A stretch of 46,657 nt of DNA, taken from Armatimonadota bacterium (GTDB lineage Bacteria > Armatimonadota > Armatimonadia > Armatimonadales > Armatimonadaceae). The notes beneath the pieces are model-generated. The model saw nothing but the letters and a program-made list of their open reading frames with translations, searched no databases and was not told the DNA's origin. The position numbers were made by a program, and so were the translations under genes. The stretch is from the NCBI GenBank assembly GCA_043754515.1, contig JAYUUO010000084.1, forward strand, positions 1 to 46,657, in the 5' to 3' direction. Shown here one piece after another: positions 38,668-46,657 of this stretch. The stretch's first letter is position 1. Each line of letters begins with the position of its first letter.

Positions 38668-39972
38668 GTGACCGGGAACAGTTACAACGTAAACGATTTT
38701 CTGCGGGCCGCTCAGGAGCAACTAAACCGCTATGCCATGCACCGCGACCGCTTCGACAACCTCGCCCGCGAGACCGCGCAGCATCAGAGCGACCTGAAAC
38801 GTAAGGAGGCCGATACCCTGTTCGCGTTCGCCTCCTCCCTGATCCCAGATTTCAACGACGAGGGTGCTATCAATGATCTCGCCACTCGCCTGGGGTTAGG
38901 AGAACTCAGAACACTCAAGGCGCGGGTGACGCAACAATTAGCTACCAACGCGCGACGCAAAGCCGAGATCGAAGCGTCACAGCGGTACACCCGGCGTGAT
39001 CTCGAACTGCTCCAACTACAAACTAAGCGCGATGAGCTGGAGCCACTATACCGGCACGCGCACGACGAGTGGGATCGTCTTCAGAAGCAGCCGAATCTGG
39101 TTGACCTGATCACGCGTGGCTACGGGACCGAGCAGTACGCGCACAAGGGATGGTGGCGGTTCATGAACCCGGCGTACCTGGCCGACTGGCAGCACGCCGA
39201 CGCGGCCTGTAAGGCACTCGGGTTTAAGTCGTTCCCCGAATTACGCGTCGCGTACAACGACCGTGCGGAGCAAATGAAAGTTCTGGGGCGCGACTGGAAC
39301 GAGATGCACGACCAGAAGAGCGAAGTCGCCGCGCTGGAGGAGGAACACGACCAAATGGCGCGGAGCGAAACCGAGTTGCCACGGGAGGCGTTACGCGCGA
39401 TGGGTGAGCGGATCGCCGCCGTGCTCGATAACGGCAACTCGCCGCTCGTGAATACGTTGCCCGACCCGGACTCGGTACGCGGTCGTTTGCACGAAATATC
39501 CGGCATCACGGCGCAGATTGAGTACCTGGGCGGATTACGCGTTCAACTCGAAAAAGAGTCGAGTGCTATCACGGAGCGGGCGGACAAACTTGCCTCGGAA
39601 CAGAGTCGCTACGCCGAGGACATAAACAAGTACCGCAACAAATCGTTCACGCGCGACCAGTGGCAGAAGCGGTTCGGCGACGACCGCACAGCCCGTTACG
39701 AGCCGCTTTACGGACGCTACCAGCGTGCCGTCACGACGGTGTACGTTTTCGACGATTATAACCGCGTCAGCGGTCTGGAGACGTTCCTTTGGTGGGACAT
39801 CATGACCAACGGACGCATGGACGGCGGCTTCTTACCCGAGGTGCGCGACTGGCGTGACCAGAACCCGGACTACCGCTATCAACAGTATGGGGGCGGCTCT
39901 TACGATCCTTCAGGAAGCGGCGTCTACGGGTCGGACAACTACGGCGGCACTAGCGGACAAGACCCCTCATAG
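38668..39972 (+). CDS. Uncharacterised coiled-coil protein with Gly/Tyr/Ser-rich tail
   Basis: AAGGAG RBS, GTG start; helical heptad-rich body; FLWWDIMTNGRMDG segment. Confidence 0.8.
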   Translation: MTGNSYNVNDFLRAAQEQLNRYAMHRDRFDNLARETAQHQSDLKRKEADTLFAFASSLIPDFNDEGAINDLATRLGLGELRTLKARVTQQLATNARRKAEIEASQRYTRRDLELLQLQTKRDELEPLYRHAHDEWDRLQKQPNLVDLITRGYGTEQYAHKGWWRFMNPAYLADWQHADAACKALGFKSFPELRVAYNDRAEQMKVLGRDWNEMHDQKSEVAALEEEHDQMARSETELPREALRAMGERIAAVLDNGNSPLVNTLPDPDSVRGRLHEISGITAQIEYLGGLRVQLEKESSAITERADKLASEQSRYAEDINKYRNKSFTRDQWQKRFGDDRTARYEPLYGRYQRAVTTVYVFDDYNRVSGLETFLWWDIMTNGRMDGGFLPEVRDWRDQNPDYRYQQYGGGSYDPSGSGVYGSDNYGGTSGQDPS

Positions 39973-39975
39973 CCG

Positions 39976-41367
39976 ATGCACCTGTCACGCAAATCGCCCC
40001 CGCTCCGGGTCTTGTGCTACGCAGTCAACGGGCTAGGACTCGGACACCTGACGCGGCTGATCAGCATCAGCCGCGAGTTGCGCCGCATGGCGTGGCTCCT
40101 CGATCTACCGGTCGAGATCTGTTTTCTGACCACGAGCGAGGGCGATTCGCTCGCCGCGTTGCACGACTTCCCGTCGTTCAAAATCCCCTCCCGGACCGTC
40201 GCCACGAACGGCGGTCTCGCCCCCGGTCGGTTCCGTAAACTCGCCAAGCAGTGGGTCTGGAACGCGTTTGGGCTGTTCGCGCCGGACCTTTTTCTGGTGG
40301 ACACGTTCCCGTCCGGCGTTTTCGACGAGCTAATGGACGTGCTCGACTTCGGCCAGCGCAACGCGTTCGTTTACCGCGCCGTTCGTCCGGCACAGGCTAA
40401 CAGCGGCGTGTTTCAGTCCGCGCTACGGGCGTATGACCTGATCATAAAACCGGGCGAGGGCGGGGTGATCGGCAACGATTCGCCCGTACCTGATGAGATG
40501 GCGCATAAGGTACTGCCGACCGGGACGATCCTGGTGCGGTCACGCACGGAGATGTTTTCCCCGGAAGAAGCGAGGGAGAATCTAGGGCTTCCCCGCGAAG
40601 GCACCTGCGTCTACGTCTCCGTGGGCGGGGGCGGGGATCACGATGCCGAGGCGCATTACCGAACGCTGTCCGAGGTGGCGACACGGTTCCCCGAGGTCCG
40701 ATTCGTTTTCGGCGCGGGATCGCTGTACATGGGTCGGGAGTGGCATCAGCCCAACGTTTCATGGACGCGCCGCCCGCTGATGGCCGTCTGCCTACACGCG
40801 TTTGACGCCGCGATCTGCGCCGGGGGCTACAACTCGGTCGCGGAACTTCTTCACGCGGGCATCCCCTGCGTCTTCCTCCCCCAACCCCGCTCGCACGACG
40901 ATCAGGAGGCGCGGGTCGCACGTTGCGTAGCGCAGGGAGCTGGTATCCTACCGGGAGAGAACACGGTCGGTGGGATAGGAGACGCGCTTATGGGACTGTT
41001 CCTGCCCGGCAGAGCGGCGGCGGCGTCCGAAGCGGCACGTGAACTGGTACCAGATAATGACGCGTCGCTCGCGGCGCGGGAATGTCTCGCGCTACTAATA
41101 GAGCGCGAACACGTGGAATGCGCCGCGGATCTGCGGGATGAGTTCGTCGCACAGGGGGCGCGACTCCCTCCCTCGTGGCGGGAGCAAGAGTATCTGCTCG
41201 CGCTGGGTATGATCGCGCTGTCCGACGCAGGGGAGGACACGGATGAGGAACCGGGAGAGGCGATCCGTGCAACCTGGACCCGGTGCGAAGCGTCCAATAA
41301 GGCGGGACAAACACCACGCCACGCGGTTACGGCGCTGCGCCAGACGCGGAAAGAGCTACACCCTTGA
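39976..41367 (+). CDS. GT-B glycosyltransferase (GT28 C-terminal/MurG-like)
   Basis: NGLGLGHLTR, VDTFP.G, VSVGGGG, AGGYNSVAE, DDQEAR. Confidence 0.85.
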   Translation: MHLSRKSPPLRVLCYAVNGLGLGHLTRLISISRELRRMAWLLDLPVEICFLTTSEGDSLAALHDFPSFKIPSRTVATNGGLAPGRFRKLAKQWVWNAFGLFAPDLFLVDTFPSGVFDELMDVLDFGQRNAFVYRAVRPAQANSGVFQSALRAYDLIIKPGEGGVIGNDSPVPDEMAHKVLPTGTILVRSRTEMFSPEEARENLGLPREGTCVYVSVGGGGDHDAEAHYRTLSEVATRFPEVRFVFGAGSLYMGREWHQPNVSWTRRPLMAVCLHAFDAAICAGGYNSVAELLHAGIPCVFLPQPRSHDDQEARVARCVAQGAGILPGENTVGGIGDALMGLFLPGRAAAASEAARELVPDNDASLAARECLALLIEREHVECAADLRDEFVAQGARLPPSWREQEYLLALGMIALSDAGEDTDEEPGEAIRATWTRCEASNKAGQTPRHAVTALRQTRKELHP

Positions 41368-41960
41368 AGTACAACACATTCATGCTGGTACGGAATGTCG
41401 GCGGCCTCGGTCTCGTCACGTTGGTCACGGTCGGTGCCTTCCTCGGTTGCCGGAGCGCGGCGCCGCCGACGCAACCGCAGTCACCACCGGCCGCATATAA
41501 TCCCCCGGCACAACCAAACGTGCCGCCGACCCAACCGGACACGCCGCAAGCGCAACCCGACGTTCCCGCGCAATCCCAAACGGACAATCCCGCTGCTGGC
41601 GGGGTCAACGGCGATATGACACAGCCGGTGCCGACGAGTGCTACCGCCCCTCTTTCGGCTCGGGACAAAGAAGTCATCCGGCTCCGACAGGAGCCGCTTA
41701 CGAGCGGCAAACCGGCCGCCGACGGAGTGAAGTGGGTCGCGGACGGCGACGGCGTTCGGGCGGAGTTCCGGGCGGACGCCGGGAGCAACAGTTGGAGCCG
41801 GGTCAAGATTGACCTGAACGGTAACAAAAAATGGGACGAGAAGTGGGACTTCAAGCCGGACGGGACGGTTAAACGCCGAGTCGCGCCCGCGGACGATGAG
41901 AACTACACGGCGGAGTACCGCCTAAAACCGGGCGGCACCGAGTGGACTCGCGTCAAGTAG
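41364..41960 (+). CDS. Lipoprotein with Pro/Gln-rich linker and small C-terminal domain
   Basis: Lipobox FLGC; PTQP/PAQP repeats; DLNGNKKWDEKW (DxDxDG-like). Confidence 0.75.
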   Translation: MKYNTFMLVRNVGGLGLVTLVTVGAFLGCRSAAPPTQPQSPPAAYNPPAQPNVPPTQPDTPQAQPDVPAQSQTDNPAAGGVNGDMTQPVPTSATAPLSARDKEVIRLRQEPLTSGKPAADGVKWVADGDGVRAEFRADAGSNSWSRVKIDLNGNKKWDEKWDFKPDGTVKRRVAPADDENYTAEYRLKPGGTEWTRVK

Positions 41961-42988
41961 GAGCGACCCGGCTCGCGGAGTGCCGGGACGGGGCGACGGC
42001 ATCCGTGGGGCCGCGGAGCATCGGGATCGCCCTCACCAACGCCTGCAACATGAACTGCGTTTCGTGCTGGTCCTACTCGGCACTTCGGAAGGAGTTGCCG
42101 CGCGCGCAGTGGCGGCGTCAGCGGCTGGATCGCGCGGTGCTACAAACGGTGTTCGAGGACGCGCAAACGCTGGGGACGGAGCGTATCATCTTCACCGGGG
42201 GCGGCGACCCGCTCGCGCACCCCGACTTTCACGACATCGCGGAGGACGCCCGCGCGCGCGGCCTGAAGATCACGCTGATTTCCAACCTTTCGCTGGCCCG
42301 TGACCGGGACCGCCTCGCGGGGATAGGCATTGACACGGTGCTGGCGAACTTCTCTTGCGGCGATCCGGACTCCTACGCCGCCTTCCACCCGAACCGCTCG
42401 CGGGACGACTTCGGCCCATTGCTAGAAACGCTCGCCGCGCTTCGGGACGGGGGCACCTCGCTGAAACTAGTGTTCGTGGCGTGCGCGATCAATGCACACG
42501 TCCTGGAGGCGGCTATACGCGTTGCCGGAATGCTCGGTGCCTCCGTGCAGTGGAAGCGGGTGTCGGTTACGCAAGAAACGGCCACGCTCGATCTCACTCC
42601 GGCACTGCGTGAAGCGATGTTGGCCCGACTGCCCTATATGCAAGCGGTCGCGGGGGGACTGAGCGTCGCCGCGAACTGGGACGTCTTCCGCGCCGAACTC
42701 AGGGGCGAAACGCTGGCGGGAGAAAGCATTGAGGAGACGGGGTGCCACGCGGGGCACTACTACTCCCGAATCGGCGCGACCGGCGAGGCGCGCTTTTGTT
42801 GCAACGCGAATCCCGCGCTCCGGGTCGGCGACATTTATGAGACCCGGTTCGCCGACCTTTGGCGAAACACGCGGTACGCGGAACTACGTGATCAGATCCG
42901 CGTCGGCGGGCTTGTTCGCGGCTGTGAGCAGTGCGGAAAACTCGACATGAACCGGCGCGTCTGGCGTGAGCTAAATATGACCAATTAG
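41942..42988 (+). CDS. Radical SAM protein with SPASM/twitch domain
   Basis: CNMNCVSC, FTGGGDP, C-terminal GCHAG..FCC..CEQC. Start uncertain. Confidence 0.9.
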   Translation: MDSRQVGATRLAECRDGATASVGPRSIGIALTNACNMNCVSCWSYSALRKELPRAQWRRQRLDRAVLQTVFEDAQTLGTERIIFTGGGDPLAHPDFHDIAEDARARGLKITLISNLSLARDRDRLAGIGIDTVLANFSCGDPDSYAAFHPNRSRDDFGPLLETLAALRDGGTSLKLVFVACAINAHVLEAAIRVAGMLGASVQWKRVSVTQETATLDLTPALREAMLARLPYMQAVAGGLSVAANWDVFRAELRGETLAGESIEETGCHAGHYYSRIGATGEARFCCNANPALRVGDIYETRFADLWRNTRYAELRDQIRVGGLVRGCEQCGKLDMNRRVWRELNMTN

Positions 42989-43027
42989 CAGGAGATCATG
43001 GCATGAATCGGGAACAGTAGTCACAGC

Positions 43028-44269
43028 ATGATCAGCCAGTTTTACCCGCACCGTTTTTCACCGACCATCTGGCGCACGGTCAATCTCGCTTACCCGCTCG
43101 CCCTACGCGTCAACGATCAGGTGACGCGGGTGACGCTGTCCGAGGCGGACTGGGTGAAGCTAAATGCCGTGAAAGGTCGCCCCGCCCTGCTTCTGCCGAA
43201 CCACCCCTCCGCCACGGAGCCGTCCGTTCTGGCGGGCGTCTCGCGCCGACTCAACGAGCCGTTCCGCTACGTCGCCACGCACGAGATATTTCCCGGCTGG
43301 CGTGGTTGGATCATCCGATCCATGGGCACGTTCTCGATCCGGCGCGGCTACCCCGACTTCCAGGCACTACGGATGTGCGAGCGGGCGATGATGGACGAGA
43401 ACTGCAAAATGGTGATGTTCCCCGAGGGCGAGACACACATGCAGAACGATACGGTTATATCCTGCCACAAAGGCGCGATTCATGTAGCCTTCCGCTGCCT
43501 GAAGCAACTCGCCGGGCAGGGAAAGCCGCTTGCCCATGCCCTGCCGATCTTTCCCCTCGTCGTTCGCTACCGCTACATCACCGACCCGTGTACCCTCTTC
43601 GATACGGCACTCGCGCGGATCGAGGCCGCGATGGGCTTGCCCACGGATCGGGGCATGCGTATCTGGGAGCGGACCCGCGTCGCCGCGATGAAGGCACTGG
43701 ACGGAGTCGAACGGGAGTACAACCTGCGCCACCCGCCAGGCACGCCGGTTAACGAGCGTATTCACGCGGCGATGCAGTATGTCGAGCGTCGCATAATCAC
43801 ACTGACGAACGTCGTCCCGCCGACGGAAACGGAGCCGTCGCTCCGAATGCGCACTCTGTATAACCGCGTGTTCGAGTTCGAGGCGACCCTGACGCACGGC
43901 GCGACGTTCTACGACAAACAGCTCCATCGGCGTCGGCTACTAGCGGTGCGGGCGGCGACCACGGACATGCACCGCTTACAGAACTTCATGGTCGCGGCGG
44001 ACGGCATGGTAGGCGGCCCGAACGCCTCCTCCGAGCGGATCGGCGAATCCATCTACCGTTTGGAGCGCGAAGTCTTCGGCGCGCCGAAGACCCTCCCCCT
44101 GCGCGAGGCGATCGTGGTGTTAGGCGACGCGTGGGACATTTCGCCCTTCTACGCGGTGTGGGAGGAGAATCGCCGGGCGGGGCTGAACGCCGCAGTAGCC
44201 GAACTGGAGTCGCGGCTCCGGACACTACTAGAAGGGGTGATGCACCTGTCTACCCCGGCGTCCGCTTAG
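43028..44269 (+). CDS. Phospholipid/glycerol acyltransferase (PlsC/LPLAT family) with helical insertion
   Basis: LPNHPSATEP, GTFSIRRG, MFPEG. Confidence 0.85.
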   Translation: MISQFYPHRFSPTIWRTVNLAYPLALRVNDQVTRVTLSEADWVKLNAVKGRPALLLPNHPSATEPSVLAGVSRRLNEPFRYVATHEIFPGWRGWIIRSMGTFSIRRGYPDFQALRMCERAMMDENCKMVMFPEGETHMQNDTVISCHKGAIHVAFRCLKQLAGQGKPLAHALPIFPLVVRYRYITDPCTLFDTALARIEAAMGLPTDRGMRIWERTRVAAMKALDGVEREYNLRHPPGTPVNERIHAAMQYVERRIITLTNVVPPTETEPSLRMRTLYNRVFEFEATLTHGATFYDKQLHRRRLLAVRAATTDMHRLQNFMVAADGMVGGPNASSERIGESIYRLEREVFGAPKTLPLREAIVVLGDAWDISPFYAVWEENRRAGLNAAVAELESRLRTLLEGVMHLSTPASA

Positions 44270-45350
44270 TAGCGACCCGTTCCGCCGCCAGTGCCCCCGC
44301 CGCCGCCGCGAACGCGAAGAACGCCCCGTCCTCGGCAACGCCACGCCCCATTGTTGTGACGGCGACCCCACTTTCGGCGAGTAGCACGAGTCCCGGTTCA
44401 CTAGCCGCATCAACGAACTGATGGCGTTCGGCGAGGCGTGATTCAGACAATCCGCCGTCGCAATTATCCCATCGCGCTTCTTCGGGCAGGGCGATAGTCA
44501 CGGCGCAACTGGTCATTGTAGAAAGCACGGTTAGCGAGTGATGCGATACGCCGTCGTGCCGCGCGCGCGCTTCGCGCTCCGAGACGCGGAGTACCATAAG
44601 GGGGTCACCGCCGAGTGCCCCAACCTGGGAGAGTTGGGAACCCTGTTCGATACCGCTCCAGCCGAAGCGGGTGCCCGTCCCCGCGTTGCCGGGTCCCTGC
44701 CCGACCACGATGACATCCGCGCCCGCGATCCAATCCGCCGCGACCAGCGCGGAGGCGAAGGAGACCGCCTCGTAGTCACCGCCGAACGCCTGTCCCGCCG
44801 TTATGGTGGCGTCAACTAACCCCGCCGCTTTGAGTTTCGGGACCAGTTTCGAGAAGGCGATAGGGAGTGCGGCGGTGTCCGTGTAGACATAGACGACGCG
44901 GGCACCCGACAGTCGTGCATTAATTCCCGCGCACACCGCCGCGACCTGGGAATGCAGTTCGCACACCACGACCGGCACCCCGCGCAGTCCCCGCGCCCCC
45001 TCCCATATGGTCGCATACTCGGCTATCATTTCGACGGCGCGGACCGCATGCTGGTAGGGGGTGTAGCGCAGTTTGACGACATGCTCGGATCCGTCGGGGT
45101 CGCCGAACACCTGCGCTTCGGGGCGGGAAAGGTTCGCGGTCACGAAGTCGTAGCCGCCGGTGCCGAGGGAAAGCGCGGTCGCGGTGATGTTAAGTAGCAC
45201 GGAATCCCCCACCGCGATACCGCCAGTCAGCGCGGGGTAGGCGATAACCCGCCGCTCCGCCGCCTCGCCGCCCGCTAGTGCCCGTGCTTCCACGACGTCG
45301 GCGTCGGCGCGAACGATAGAGGTGATTGTCGCGGGCGTGACTTCAAGCAT
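44250..45350 (-). CDS. DUF3866 family protein
   Basis: LGTGGYDFV, VKLRYTP.Q, ELHSQ, GQAFGGDYEA, QGPGNAGTGT, RHDGVSHHS. Confidence 0.85.
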   Translation of the reverse strand: MLEVTPATITSIVRADADVVEARALAGGEAAERRVIAYPALTGGIAVGDSVLLNITATALSLGTGGYDFVTANLSRPEAQVFGDPDGSEHVVKLRYTPYQHAVRAVEMIAEYATIWEGARGLRGVPVVVCELHSQVAAVCAGINARLSGARVVYVYTDTAALPIAFSKLVPKLKAAGLVDATITAGQAFGGDYEAVSFASALVAADWIAGADVIVVGQGPGNAGTGTRFGWSGIEQGSQLSQVGALGGDPLMVLRVSEREARARHDGVSHHSLTVLSTMTSCAVTIALPEEARWDNCDGGLSESRLAERHQFVDAASEPGLVLLAESGVAVTTMGRGVAEDGAFFAFAAAAGALAAERVATKRTPG

Positions 45351-45391
45351 TTTCCCTTTTTAGCTTCCTCACCTCCTGTCCGATTTCCTGC

Positions 45392-45543
45392 CTTCGCCGC
45401 GTAATTTCAGGGCTGGTAGATCTCTGACGGGGCAAACCCTGGAGTATCAACCCGAAGCGACTCCGAAGTAGCCTTCGGAGCCGCAACGATTTCAGGCGGC
45501 GCGGACGCTTCAACCGGAAGCGCGGTAAGCCATGCGGGCGGAG
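45392..45543 (+). ncRNA. Candidate structured RNA (~150 nt), family unassigned
   Basis: Nested stems: CTTCGCCGCGT/ATGCGGGCGGAG, CCTGGAGT/ATTTCAGG, GCGACTCCGAAG/CTTCGGAGCCGC, plus side hairpins. Confidence 0.35.
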
Positions 45544-45544
45544 T

Positions 45545-46495
45545 TTATCGCTTCGTACCAGCAGGAATGAATTTCTGGATAGGAGTTATGCGGTTCGTCA
45601 AGGAACGCGGGTTGAAACCCACGTCATCGGCGAAACAGGTACAGTCAAAACTTGTTTTGACGATTGCCTCTCTATACGCGTTCCGCGCTGGACGTCGGGT
45701 ACCCGCTTGCGGGTGGGACGGACAGATCCGAGCATCCGAAACCGCCAACCGCGTAACTCCTATCTGGATATAAGCAGTGACCTTGTAGCCGAGGGTCTCG
45801 TAGAGCTTCTCTCCCGAAGGGTTCGCGACAATGACAGCCCTTTCTACCCCCTAGTTCGCGGCATCCTGATGCACGCGATTCGTCAAAGAACGAGCGATTC
45901 CTCGCCTGCGGTGTCGACTATCCGTCTCCAACGGTTCTACAGTCACCGCATCAACCGTTGGGAAGATGGCTCTTCCGGTGCAGACGCACTGCCCTTCCTG
46001 CTCTACGAAATAATAACGAATGTGAGGATCGTCCAACTCCTCGGTGGTGACCTGGCAGTGTGGGTCGTCTGGGTCAATCACAGAGTTGTAGAACGAGCGT
46101 TGTTCCTCCGTGGTGACAACTTGCACATTGCAGAAGGGACCGACTGCTGGCGTGAACTCCATTAGGCTTCGCGCCATCAGTATCTCCATCGGCTCGCTGG
46201 CGGTTGTTGTGTATCCCAATGCTTTATATGAAGGGACGATGCCTCCAGGGTCGGTCATCACGACCCCTATTAGGAGGGGGCCTGGGTTGTACTCATTCAC
46301 CAAACGAACTACTTCGGCGGGATCAACATTGACTGCCTGAAAGGCGTCGGTCTCACACCAGAGGGGCTTGTCATAATGGTATCCTTTTAGAAGGCCATGT
46401 TGAAAGGTCCGCGCTCCGGCGACATGCCTGAGCACATGTGCCCTGGACGAATAGAACATATTAGCTGCCTATTGCACAGTATCTGATGTTGACAA
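45545..46495 (-). pseudogene. GNAT N-acetyltransferase, with in-frame TAG(s) and MITE insertion
   Basis: RHRRRGIA motif A; DAAN*GVERAVIVANPSGEKLYETLGY continues past TAG 45851-45853; probable TTG start 46495 after GAAAGG with a second TAG at 46469-46471. Confidence 0.75.
45580..45762. mobile_element. 183-bp MITE copy 2, inserted in the GNAT gene
   Basis: Same TIRs (one mismatch); 6-bp direct repeat TCTGGA at 45574-45579 and 45763-45768; about 10 substitutions versus copy 1. Confidence 0.9.
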
Positions 46496-46657
46496 ACGCT
46501 TTACCTTTCTCCTTTGTTTTGCGAACGACACAGGCCGGTCGCCCCCAACAGTCCGGTGTCCGTTGGATTCTTGACGCCCCTTAGATTTTATGTGAGGGGA
46601 CGTCTAAGCCTAGGCTACGGTCCGGCTGGCAGTTCGCGATCACGGCGTGATCCTGAG

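Noticed and set aside
2645..43927. Long overlapping or antisense ORFs (e.g. 2645..3538, 28417..29421, 31887..32861, 36716..37642)
   Set aside because: Shadow ORFs of GC-rich genes: Arg/Pro-rich, no family motifs, overlapping well-supported CDSs.
45429..45510. c-di-GMP-I riboswitch (GGGCAAACC..GGACGC)
   Set aside because: No GNRA-capped P2 or GCAAAG junction, and no downstream gene in that orientation.
3718..46471. TAG reassignment or pyrrolysine read-through explaining the in-frame TAGs
   Set aside because: TAG ends intact genes at natural C-termini (glgP, FHA genes, PEP-CTERM tails), TGA and TAA breaks also occur, the replaced residues appear to differ (Trp in one case), and no pyl genes are in view.

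Overview
GC-rich bacterial chromosomal window. The gene content (DUF1559 prepilin-like/H-X9-DG protein, PEP-CTERM proteins, several Uma2 genes, GntR-LacI regulator) suggests Armatimonadota or a similar lineage; this is inference. Housekeeping-type genes: nucleoside hydrolase, nnr, SDR, GH43, recQ, ArsR/SRPBCC, GH71/99-like, glgP, acyltransferase, DUF3866. Notable loci: (1) an operon joining a catalytically dead E2-like protein, nnr and four FHA/vWA/J-like signalling genes; (2) a mosaic tandem array of P-domain PEP-CTERM genes; (3) two copies of a 183-bp MITE with 16-bp TIRs, different-length target duplications and open frames on both strands, one inserted in-frame in a GNAT gene; (4) a SigR/RsrA-like ECF module with cytochrome b, Mo-oxidoreductase and two MsrB, followed by a candidate ECF-driven ~80-nt sRNA with an anti-SD motif; (5) an uncharacterised coiled-coil/glycosyltransferase/lipoprotein/radical SAM operon; (6) many accessory genes broken by single in-frame stops, mostly TAG. 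No rRNA, tRNA, CRISPR array or transposase was recognised.
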